Positions 10,029 to 19,113 of a stretch of 64,000 nucleotides of DNA are shown in pieces. The stretch is from Thecamonas trahens ATCC 50062 (Eukaryota > Protista > Apusomonadida). The DNA lies in the NCBI RefSeq assembly GCF_000142905.1, contig NW_013657679.1, forward strand, positions 436,657 to 500,656, read 5' to 3'. The translations under genes and the position numbers were made by a program. Below the pieces are notes generated by a model. The model did no database searches, was not told the origin of the DNA, and saw nothing but the letters and a program-made list of their open reading frames with translations. How positions within the stretch are numbered: the stretch's first letter is position 1; each line of letters begins with the position of its first letter.

Positions 10029-11741
10029 ATGGCGTACCGACCTGGCTCGCGCATGGCGCCACCTGGGACGGCTGGCCTCCCGCCGGGCACGGGTGTGCTC
10101 CGACCGCCGTCGGGGATTGTTGCGCCGTCTGCGGTGCTGACGAACCGGCCGATGACGAACCAGGGGGTTAAGGGAGTGCGGCCGGTGACGCAGGGCTCCG
10201 GGCGCGCGTTCCAGGACAAGAACTGGTACATTGCCGAGGTGCGCGCCAAGACGCAGGCCATCACCGCCGAGCTGGCCAACCTCTCGAACGAGCTAGAGGC
10301 GTTCAACTCGTCGGCCGAGAACTATGGGGCGTACGAGCGCAAGGCCGACGGGCTTGCGTCGGAGCTCCGCGAGCTGCAGGGCGTGCTCGCTGACTACAAC
10401 ATGCTTGTGGACAAGATGCACACCGATACCGGCATCAACCAGATTCTGGAGCAGACGGCGGCGGACAAGGCCAAGAACGATGAGGAGCGGTGGCGCATTG
10501 ATGCCATGTTTACAGAGCGGCAGGCACGCGAGGAGCAGATCCGCACCGTGACGACCGAGATTGCATCGATCGAAGGCACCATCGAGGACGAGCTCAACCA
10601 GCTCGCGCCTGAGATGCTCGCCGAGTATCGCGAGGCGCAGGAGACCAACGACACACTGCTGGACACGATTGGCCGGTACCAGGCGGACCTCGAGTCTGGC
10701 GCATACCGGCTGCGGTCGATGGAGGACGCGCTGCGGGCAAACCCGCTTAAGCAACAAGCGTTTGCGCTCTTTAACGAGCTCAACGACGCGCGAGCGCGGC
10801 GCGACGAGCTCGAGGCCGATGCCCGTGACTCGCAGCTCTCGGGACCTGAGGAGCAGGAGCGACTGCTCAACAAGGTCAAGGCCGACACCTCGGAGATTGG
10901 CGCCATGAACCGGCGCATCGCCGCGCTCGAGGAGGAGATCTCACGCGGCCGCGAGCAGCTCGACTCGCTTGCGCGCGAGGAGGAGGCGCGGCAGTCGGAC
11001 AAGTACGAAAAGTACCTGCAGATCCTGGCCAAGGAAGAGGCCATTCGCAAGTTCATCGAGGAGTTCCCTGAGGTCCAGGCGGCACTCGCGGAAGACATGG
11101 CCGCCCGCGAGACGGCCATTGCCGAACTGCTCGAAACGATCGGCTCGGGCCTCGCGCGCCAGACCAACCTCCCGCAAGTCGAGCAAGTGCGCGAAAAGGA
11201 GGACCTTCTCGAGTTTCAGCGCGACCAGATGGGCCTTGCCGAGTCGACCCACGACAAGCTCATCCGTGACAAGGCCGAGCGCGAGCGCGACCTCAAGAAG
11301 CTCGACCAGCTTGACAAGAAAATCGAGCGCGACATTGCAGCGCTCCACAAGCGCATTCCGACCATGCGCGCCGAGCTTGTCAAGTACAACGACATCAAGA
11401 AGCTGCAGTCGGATGCCCGCAAGCTCGAGGCCTCGCTGAAGACCCAGCGACAGGAGCTCTCGCTTAAGCGCGAGCACCTCTCGGCCGAAGTCGGGCGGCT
11501 CGAGGGCAAACTCAACGAGCTCAAGGACGCGCTCGAGGCCGACGAGACCTACCGGGGCATCACCAACCTCCAGGCCAAGCTCGCCATCTACGAGCAGACC
11601 AATGCCGAGCTCCGGGACTACATCGAGACTAAGGGACGCGAGTCCGACTACCGGGCCCGGCTCCGTGACGTCGGCGCAATCGTCGCCGACATCAACGCCA
11701 TTCTTGTCGAGGGCACCAAGTACCGAGCACCTGTGCTGTAG
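10029..11741 (+). CDS. IFT74: Intraflagellar transport protein 74
   Basis: Basic N-terminus with PPGT/RPPSG repeats, RPMTNQG, R.FQDKNWY, then long coiled coils with LADYNMLVDK and F.ER signatures. Confidence 0.9.
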   Translation: MAYRPGSRMAPPGTAGLPPGTGVLRPPSGIVAPSAVLTNRPMTNQGVKGVRPVTQGSGRAFQDKNWYIAEVRAKTQAITAELANLSNELEAFNSSAENYGAYERKADGLASELRELQGVLADYNMLVDKMHTDTGINQILEQTAADKAKNDEERWRIDAMFTERQAREEQIRTVTTEIASIEGTIEDELNQLAPEMLAEYREAQETNDTLLDTIGRYQADLESGAYRLRSMEDALRANPLKQQAFALFNELNDARARRDELEADARDSQLSGPEEQERLLNKVKADTSEIGAMNRRIAALEEEISRGREQLDSLAREEEARQSDKYEKYLQILAKEEAIRKFIEEFPEVQAALAEDMAARETAIAELLETIGSGLARQTNLPQVEQVREKEDLLEFQRDQMGLAESTHDKLIRDKAERERDLKKLDQLDKKIERDIAALHKRIPTMRAELVKYNDIKKLQSDARKLEASLKTQRQELSLKREHLSAEVGRLEGKLNELKDALEADETYRGITNLQAKLAIYEQTNAELRDYIETKGRESDYRARLRDVGAIVADINAILVEGTKYRAPVL

Positions 11742-11752
11742 CTAGCTACTGC

Positions 11753-11819
11753 ACGCCACCTCGGGCACGCTGTTGTGGGGCCACAGCGAGGGCGGGTTCA
11801 ACACCGTCAACGTCGGCAT
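11753..11819 (+). repeat. 67-bp inverted, diverged copy of Calx-beta gene segment 8992..9058
   Basis: Manual alignment to the reverse complement of 8992..9058: 58/67 identical, no gaps. Translates HATSGTLLWGHSEGGFNTVNVG versus YATSGTLSWANGEGGFKTINVG. Confidence 0.9.
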
Positions 11820-11921
11820 GAGCCCCCCCCCCCCCCCCCCCCCGACCAGCCTGAGCAGATTGTAAAACGGTTTGCCGTCAACCCAGACTCGACTCCAGGC
11901 TCGACTTTGAGGAACCAGCCA

Positions 11922-12398
11922 ATGGCCGCCAACAGCCCCGACTCTGCCGCGTCCGGCCCGGGCGGAGGAACCACGTCGCCAGAGGAGCAGGTGTTTATGT
12001 TTGCCAAGCGCGGGCTCGTCGACGATGTCGAGGGCATTGTGGCAGCGACGGGCGTTGACGCCGTCGCTGCCACCGACGCCCTCGGCAACACCTGCCTGCA
12101 CTACGCGGCGCAGGGTGGACACACAGCAACGGTCGAGTGGCTGCTGGCTGCCGGAGCCGACCCTAATGCACCTAACGTGTCGGGTGACTCGCCGCTGCAC
12201 AAGGCGGCATGGGGTGGTCATGCTGCTGCCGCTGCTGTCCTGCTCGCCGCAGGTGCCGACCGCTACCTGGCTAACGCCGACGGCGAGTCGCCGGTCAAGC
12301 TCGCTGCCGGCAAGCCGTCGGCCGATGTGCTGGAGGAGCAGCTAGTGGTGGAAGACGGGGACGACGACGATGACGAAGCGTACTCGGACTCGGACTGA
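11922..12398 (+). CDS. Small ankyrin-repeat protein (~158 aa)
   Basis: GNTCLHYAAQGGH, GDSPLHKAAWGGH, GESPVKLA ankyrin motifs; acidic tail. Confidence 0.85.
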   Translation: MAANSPDSAASGPGGGTTSPEEQVFMFAKRGLVDDVEGIVAATGVDAVAATDALGNTCLHYAAQGGHTATVEWLLAAGADPNAPNVSGDSPLHKAAWGGHAAAAAVLLAAGADRYLANADGESPVKLAAGKPSADVLEEQLVVEDGDDDDDEAYSDSD

Positions 12399-12465
12399 GC
12401 GGTTTATCCGCCTGGATGATCATCCATCATAAACACAGCCGTGCTGGCAGAGTTGGTAGGCGCGG

Positions 12466-13788
12466 CTAGGCTGACTCGGGCGGGCCGTCGTGGTCGTCGG
12501 TGGTGTGTGACTTGCGGTGGCGGCGCTTCTTCTTGCGCTTGGCGGCGTGGGCCTGGCCGAGCGAGTACTGGGCCATGGCAGTGGAAATGAGCTGGCCGTC
12601 GACGAGCTGGTGCTCGAGCGAGGGCCGGCGTGCGGCCGTGGCGCGGGTGGTCAGGAGCTGGTGCTCGAGGTCGCGGATGCGGATGGTGGCATCGAGGTAG
12701 AGCTCCTTGAGCATGGCGGCGACTGACGACGTCTCTTCGGCAGCAATCGAGTCGACTTGCCCACGAGCGGCCTTTTGGAGGAGGCTGATGCTGCCCTGGC
12801 GCAACTCGGCGATGCGGAGCTCGAGGTCACCGACGTCGAGCTCGGCGGTTGTAGCCCGGACCCGCGCGGCGTCGACAGCAGCGGTAGCAGTTCCCAGCCT
12901 TTGCTTCAGGTCCGAGACCTCGCGGCGAGCGTCGAGATAGGCGTCACGGAGGGCACCGATCTGGACGTGAAGCTTGTCGAGCTCGGCAGTGTGGGCGGCG
13001 GATGTCACCTGGGTCCTGTTGGCTGCGTCCAGCAGGGCCTCTTTCATCTGGGCCATCTGGGGACGGCACTGGTACCTCGCGAGAGTCTCTTGCAAGACTT
13101 GAATGCGCTCCTTGCTCGCAGCGAGCTCGCGGCGGAGGCCAGGTACAAGATCGCCGTCAGCGGCGGTCGAGCGCACAGGCGAGCGGTGAGCAGGACGTGC
13201 GGGAGACGAGCGGGCGCGTGACGAGAGCCGAGTAGCCAGCCGCGACAAGCGAGCCACGTGCTCTTTGAGCGAGATGCCCAGCTCAGCCGCTGTGTCAACG
13301 GCGTCACTACCGGGCTCGGTTGCGCGTGCGGCGCCGAGCGCGGCCGACAGCGCATCAGTGTCGGCCACCAGCGCCGCCTGGATGCTCTCCAGCTCTGAAG
13401 CGAGGACGGCAAGTGGCGTCGATGGTGGCACTGGCGAGTGCGATGCGCCGCGGAGGCCCGGATCGGCCAGCTGGGCTGTCGAAGCAGAGAGCGCGCGGGT
13501 GTACTCGCCGATGGCCTCGGCGAGCTGCAGCGAGGCCGAGAGGTTGGTGGCCGACTCGCCGGACGCGGCCGAGACGCGCGAGAGATTGAGCTCGGGCGAC
13601 GAGTAGGTCGAGGCTGCGGCGGTCGCTGAGAGGTGGTGCGCCGCAGCCGAGAAGCTGCGGCGCGGCGGCGAGGGAGTGGCAGGGGCGTGGGTGTGGGCGT
13701 GGGTGCGGGCGTGGGGAACAGTACCGGTCGCCGACGGCTGGCGCCACAGGAGGGCCATTTCGGCGCCGTATGACAGATGCGGCTCCAT
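12466..13788 (-). CDS. Hypothetical coiled-coil protein (~440 aa)
   Basis: Heptad-rich C-terminal half and a basic KRKKKRRHRK patch. First ATG after the purine/pyrimidine tract is at 13788; the upstream part of the listed ORF is an off-frame read of the S10 gene. Confidence 0.65.
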   Translation of the reverse strand: MEPHLSYGAEMALLWRQPSATGTVPHARTHAHTHAPATPSPPRRSFSAAAHHLSATAAASTYSSPELNLSRVSAASGESATNLSASLQLAEAIGEYTRALSASTAQLADPGLRGASHSPVPPSTPLAVLASELESIQAALVADTDALSAALGAARATEPGSDAVDTAAELGISLKEHVARLSRLATRLSSRARSSPARPAHRSPVRSTAADGDLVPGLRRELAASKERIQVLQETLARYQCRPQMAQMKEALLDAANRTQVTSAAHTAELDKLHVQIGALRDAYLDARREVSDLKQRLGTATAAVDAARVRATTAELDVGDLELRIAELRQGSISLLQKAARGQVDSIAAEETSSVAAMLKELYLDATIRIRDLEHQLLTTRATAARRPSLEHQLVDGQLISTAMAQYSLGQAHAAKRKKKRRHRKSHTTDDHDGPPESA

Positions 13789-13967
13789 AGGGTGGGGTGG
13801 GGTGGGGTGGGGGGTGGGGGGGGGTGGGGTGGGGTGGGGTGGGGTGGGGGGTGGGGGGTGGGGTGGAGTAGAGGTGGGTGGCAGTGGTCGTAGGTGACAT
13901 GGGCGAAGACGAAAACTGGAGTGAGTTTGATGATGATGGCAGGGGGGGGGGGGGGAGGGTGAAGCGC

Positions 13968-15647
13968 TTAGAGGGCTGACTTGACAAAGTCGGTGATCAT
14001 CTTGAGGGCGGCGTACGGCTTGTAGCTCGGAACCGGGTGGCCGGCGCCGTTGATGGACTTGAAGGTAAAGCCGTTGGCGGCATAGTTGATCTCGTAGCCA
14101 CCGACCTGGGTGCCTGAGCCAGGCTCCTCGTAGGTCCACGGGTGCCACGGAGTCTCGACCGGGTAGCCGAGCGAGGCAGTCCACTCCTGGGTGCCAGTGT
14201 TGGGCACGCAGGCGTCCACGTTGCCTGAGTAGATGAGAACCTTGATGGCGGAGATCATGGCCGGGTAGCGCGGGAGGAGCGACTTGGTGTTGGCAGTGTA
14301 GGGGATGTTGGAGCAAATGGCCCAGGTGATGTCCGAGTTGACGTTGATGGCCTTCTTGACCGCCGGGTCGTTGAGATACCGCGAGGCCTGGGCCGAGTCG
14401 ATGCACTCGTCGGGCCCGCCGAGCTGGGTCAGCGGGTGGCCAGACCCGGAGGTCATCTTGGCGTTGCTCAGCACCGAGCCGACGCACGGAGTGTAGATGC
14501 CGTAGATGTTGATGTCACCGATCTCGTTGGAGATGGCCTGGAGAATGCCCGGGCACGCCGGGTTGGTCGACGCCGGGTTGGTGCACCCGTTTGCCGTCAG
14601 GTTGGCGTACGAAGTCGGCGAGAACAGATCGTGCGCGTAGAGGAAGTCCAGGTGGATGCCGAGCCCGTTGGCTGAGCAAGCGCCGACCTCCGAGCCGATG
14701 CATCCGTTGCCGACGGCCATGCCCTTGAGGTTGAGGTTCGTCGTCCCGGCCTTGTTCGAGGCAAGGATCTGCTCGACGAGCGTCGGGACGTAGATGCCGG
14801 CCTGTTGCGTTGAGGAGATGGTGAGTGGCAGAGGAGGGACAAGTGAGGGGAGGTGGGCATGGAGCAACGTACGTAGGACTCGCCAGAGATAAACAGCGGG
14901 TTATGCTGGTACTCGGGGAAGTACTGGAGGAACATGAGGAGCGCAGCGTGGTTGTCCTCGGCAGTCTGGGTGTCGTTGAGCGGCAGGTTCTTGATGTCGG
15001 TGTAGGAGAAGCCGACGCCGACGGGTGCCTCAATGAACAGCATGTGGGCAAACGAGTTCCAGCGGCCGACGTTGTCGACGAGCGCGCCCTTGACCGGCGC
15101 GCCGGACGAGCCCGGTGCAAAGCGGAACGGCCCCTGCTCGTAGAAGAAGCCATCCATTGACGAGCAGCCGGGGCCTGTGTGGTCCCACCATGTCCGATCA
15201 CGTCCCGGTCCGCACCACAAACAATGCCGCGAGACCAGCCACACCAAAGCATCGAGACCAGCACCCCTCAGGTAAGTCGACCTTGACACCAGTGATATAT
15301 GACGTGAGGGCGGCACGCACATGCGAGGGACAGAGCACGTGATCTAGGCCGCGTCCGCCGCGCCGCCGCCCACAGTCCCTCCCGCCCTACTCCCTCCCCT
15401 CCCTTCATCCCCCCTTCGACGTACCACCGTTGAACCAGAGGACAAGCGGGGCGTTGGGACCGGCCTCAGACTCGACAAACCAGTAGTGCATGTGCTTCTG
15501 CGGGGTGATGTCGAGGTAGCCCGAGTACTGAGCCGTCGGCGGCTTGCCGTAGCCCGGCACCTCGGCAAGGAGGTCCTGGTTCCGCGCAGCAAGCGCAGAC
15601 ACCGCAAGCATGGCCATGACGGCCAAGCCAAGCGAGTACTTGATCAT
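13968..15647 (-). CDS. Serine carboxypeptidase, family S10 (cathepsin A/CPY-like). Join 15425..15647, 14873..15174, 13968..14801
   Basis: Signal peptide; two GTACGT...CAG introns restore WFNGGPGCSS and GESYAGIYVP (catalytic Ser); YSGNVD (Asp) and GAGH (His). Joined length 1359 nt is in frame. Confidence 0.92.
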
Positions 15648-15765
15648 GGTGGTGATAAAGATTCAATGAGAGATGAGTGTGTCAAGGCTACGTGCCCGGC
15701 GCTCCGGGGGTTGAGGGCAGGCCGAGGGCGGCGAGCGGCTGGCGACAGGCGGCAGGCCGGGCGAC

Positions 15766-18033
15766 TCAAGCGGCGCCCAACCCCGGGTCCATGCCCATGT
15801 CGTCGAGATCGACGTACGGCTGGCGACCAAAGCGCGGGAGGTAGAGTCGCTTGTAGACGAAGAAGCCGGTGGCAACAAAGATGCCGACGCCGAGCAACGA
15901 GCCAAGGACTATGGCGGCGGTCTTGTTCTCGGACGAGACGCCGCGGCCGTGGTCCGACGGCGGCGTGAGCGACGGGTCCATGAACGTGGCGGTGGCGGTG
16001 ACCTTGCGAGCGGCAAGCTCGATCTGGGCCTGCGCCACATCCACTTGGCCGCGGTAGATCGAGTCGTGGACGCCGGCAAAGACGTCGGCGCCGTAGCCGA
16101 GGACCAGGCCGGGCGCTTGGATGGCGTGACGGTAGTAGGGGCGGCCCGGGATGCCCTCGGGAATGACAAACTCTCTCTCCAAGAGGCGAAGCTTGTTGTT
16201 GAGGGCGGCAAGGCGGGGCGGCGGAGCAGCATCGCCAAGGGTGGCGAGTGCATCGAGCTCGGCCATGAGGGTGGCTGATCCGGTGGCAAAGGTGTCGAGC
16301 GCGGTGCGGAGCGAGGTAAAGTCGAGGCGTTCGTCGACGCCGCGGACCCGGGCATAGTCGACTACCGAGTCGACGTACGACGGGAGGCGGTCCGCGTAGG
16401 TGGTGAGGTTGAACGGGATGATTTGTTGACTCGCCATGCGCATGGCGAGAAGGCCAAAGATCTCCGCCATGGTCTTGTGGAGCTCAAAGTCCGGATCGCC
16501 AAACATCTCCATCCACTCGAAGCAGTCGTAGGCGGAGTGGTAGACGCCGTACTTGCCGGAGAACCCAAGGTCACTCGCCGGCACGCCAAAGTGCTGCAGG
16601 AACGCAGTGTAGTCACTTCCGGAGCCGAGGACACCGTACTGGTTTGACCAGGTGTCGGCGACAGGCTTGGCCTCGCCGGGGTGGTCGACCACACGCAGAA
16701 CCGAGGAGACGACCGACTCGAGTGACGGCGTCGCCGACGCACCAAACTGCGGGCCAGAGACTGCGGTGTCGAGATTGAGGACAGCAACCATGTTAGCGCG
16801 TTCCGCGGGAGTGAGCGACTCGGCGTAGGCAACCGAGCCGAGGAGGCCGTACTCTTCGCCGCCCCACGAGCCGAAGCGGATGGTACGGAGCGGGCGCCAG
16901 CCGTCGGCGGCGAGCTTGCCGAACGCACGAGCAACCTCGAGCATGACGGCCGAGCCCGAGTTGGGGTCAACGCCACCAAAGACCCATGCATCACGGTGGT
17001 TCGAGAGCAGGATGACCGAGTCGGCCTCGGGCCCAGAGCCGCGGAGCTCGCCGATGACCGACGGCATGGGCCGGACGTCCCAGGCGACGTCGACAGCGAG
17101 CGCGACGGTGACCGGCGCGCTGGGCGAGCCGACATGGTACGTAAAGTTGAGCCCACCTTGCCAGCCACCGCCAAAGACGTCGACCGAGAGCCCAGCGAGC
17201 TGGCTCAGAAAGTGCCGCGCGTCACCGTACGAGATCGGGAGGACCGGGATGTCGGGAGTAAGCTTGCCTTGGAATGGACCGTCGCCGGCGCCCGGGCCGA
17301 GGCACGTCTCCAGCCTGCGCGGATCGCCTGGGCAGATGTTGAGATACTGTACACTCCCGCGCTGGAGCGAGTACTCGGGCCGCCACGGGCCGTCGGGGAA
17401 GACTGGGCCACGAACATAGCCGTCCTGCTGCGGATCCGAGTAGAGGACAAGCGCCTTGCACCCGTTGTCGGACGCGAGCTGTGCCTTGGTCCCGCGGAAG
17501 AGCTCGCCGTAGCGGGCGATGCAGATCTTGCCGTCGGTAGAGACGCCCTGCTCGGCCAGAGCCACAAAGTCCTCGGCGAGAGCAAAGTTGACATACACCA
17601 GCTCGCCCTCGACGTTGCCCGCCGGCGAGTACCCGTTGAACGCCGGGAGGATGCCGGTCTCGTTGGTCGAGGCAATGCCCGGAATGGCCGGCTCCACCAG
17701 CTTGGCCTCGTACGGCTGCGGTGAGACGACGCGGAGGCTCTGTGAGACCGGAACGGTGATGACGGCGTCCGAGGTGAAGATCTCGGCCTCTAGCCCTGCA
17801 GCCCGCATCTCATCGCGGGTAAACTCGGCCAGCTCCTGCTCGCGCGTGGTGCCAGCCGAGTGCGGGCGCGCGGTGTATGTCCGCAGCGCCTCGCGACAGC
17901 CGTCAGGAGTCGGCTCTGCCCGGAACGCCACCTCCCAGGCAGTTGCCCAGGGCGGCGGAGGCGGGTCGGCAGCGGTTGCTGCCGCGGCGACCACGACCAG
18001 AACCAGCAGTGTGGTGGGGATGAGGGTGTGCAT
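15766..18033 (-). CDS. Glutamate carboxypeptidase II/NAALADase-like M28B metallopeptidase with C-terminal TM helix
   Basis: PA domain (RYGELFRG.K, YSDP), NHRDAWVFGGVDPNSG, SWGGEEYGLLGS, GSGSDY, YHSAYD, TfR-dimer-like region; signal peptide; TM segment near the C-terminus. Confidence 0.92.
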   Translation of the reverse strand: MHTLIPTTLLVLVVVAAAATAADPPPPPWATAWEVAFRAEPTPDGCREALRTYTARPHSAGTTREQELAEFTRDEMRAAGLEAEIFTSDAVITVPVSQSLRVVSPQPYEAKLVEPAIPGIASTNETGILPAFNGYSPAGNVEGELVYVNFALAEDFVALAEQGVSTDGKICIARYGELFRGTKAQLASDNGCKALVLYSDPQQDGYVRGPVFPDGPWRPEYSLQRGSVQYLNICPGDPRRLETCLGPGAGDGPFQGKLTPDIPVLPISYGDARHFLSQLAGLSVDVFGGGWQGGLNFTYHVGSPSAPVTVALAVDVAWDVRPMPSVIGELRGSGPEADSVILLSNHRDAWVFGGVDPNSGSAVMLEVARAFGKLAADGWRPLRTIRFGSWGGEEYGLLGSVAYAESLTPAERANMVAVLNLDTAVSGPQFGASATPSLESVVSSVLRVVDHPGEAKPVADTWSNQYGVLGSGSDYTAFLQHFGVPASDLGFSGKYGVYHSAYDCFEWMEMFGDPDFELHKTMAEIFGLLAMRMASQQIIPFNLTTYADRLPSYVDSVVDYARVRGVDERLDFTSLRTALDTFATGSATLMAELDALATLGDAAPPPRLAALNNKLRLLEREFVIPEGIPGRPYYRHAIQAPGLVLGYGADVFAGVHDSIYRGQVDVAQAQIELAARKVTATATFMDPSLTPPSDHGRGVSSENKTAAIVLGSLLGVGIFVATGFFVYKRLYLPRFGRQPYVDLDDMGMDPGLGAA

Positions 18034-18078
18034 GACGAGTGGGGTGGGTGGCTCAGGAGATGACTCTGGGGGGGGGCG

Positions 18079-18086
18079 CACGTGAC
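18079..18086 (-). promoter_or_regulatory. E-box/CLEAR-like GTCACGTG, 45 bp upstream of the M28B ATG
   Basis: Motif seen directly; M-box-like GTCATGTGA also at 18198..18206. Function is inferred. Confidence 0.4.
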
Positions 18087-18455
18087 GCCTGCCTGACACC
18101 GGGCCAACCGGCGATAGAGAGGAGGAGATGGAGGGATGGAGGGATGGAGGGGAGGGGGGGGGGGAGGCGTATGACGAGCAGAGAGAGTATGTGCCGTGTC
18201 ATGTGATCATCGTATCGACACCCGTGTCTGCCGGCAGGTAGCTCGCCCAGCTGGGATCAGGTCGTCGTCCACCAGCACCCCACCGGGCTGGGCCAGCCTT
18301 GCCTCAGCCCACCCGTCCCGCGCCTCGGTCTCCCACCTGCACACACACACACACACTCTCTCTCCCACACCTCTCTTTCTCTCCCCCCCCCCCTCCACAC
18401 ACACACATACTCCTACCCCTTCTCTTTCCCTTCCTCAATCCATACACCGGAGAGT

Positions 18456-18875
18456 ATGCTGCTGCGGAGGACAGGCACATGGCTGGCGGGCAGCGGGCGG
18501 CGGGCACTGAGCGCGTCACGTCCCGAGGTGACCGCCGAGGCAAGGGACTCGCTTGAGGGAAGGACAGGCATTCCGGCGGATGCATGGGTCGACGGCGCAG
18601 GGCCGGCAGAAGGCGGCGGTGGGCCCGAGGTTCACATCGGCTCCAAGATCGTCGGCTACCCCATCTTGGCCTTTATCCTCGGCTCGTTTGCCTACACCGG
18701 CTACCGCATCGCCACGGGAACCAACGAGCCGTGGACCGACGATGACTTCCGCCTGCCCACCCACGTCGAGATCGAGGCCAAATCTGCTGCCATGCGTGCC
18801 GAGATCCAGGCCTCCATCGACGCCGCCGCCGCCGCCAAGACATCGCCGCCGGCGTCGGACGCGTCGCAATCATGA
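18456..18875 (+). CDS. Small single-TM protein with a probable mitochondrial presequence (COA3-like?)
   Basis: Arg-rich, acid-free N-terminus MLLRRTGTWLAGSGRRALSAS; TM IVGYPILAFILGSFAYTGY followed by a DDDF motif. Confidence 0.6.
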   Translation: MLLRRTGTWLAGSGRRALSASRPEVTAEARDSLEGRTGIPADAWVDGAGPAEGGGGPEVHIGSKIVGYPILAFILGSFAYTGYRIATGTNEPWTDDDFRLPTHVEIEAKSAAMRAEIQASIDAAAAAKTSPPASDASQS

Positions 18876-19113
18876 CCGTCCCACCCTCACCCACCTTTGC
18901 CTTAAACCCACTTTGGATGCCTCGCCCAAGCCATTACCCGGGCCATGGCCCAAGCCATGGCCCCATGTGATGAACTGCCCAGGGCTTCCATCAGTGCGAC
19001 ACGCCACCAGTCGCCAGCCGCCAGTCGCTCCTTTCCCCGCTGCCCGACGGCGACCTCCTCTTCCTCTTCACGCAACTCCCCCCCCCCTCCCCCTCCCCCT
19101 CCTCCTCCCCGCT

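Noticed and set aside
12466-14487. 673-aa ORF suggesting a gene overlapping the S10 peptidase
   Set aside because: Its 5' part is an off-frame read of S10 exon 3 plus a low-complexity tract; the plausible start is 13788.
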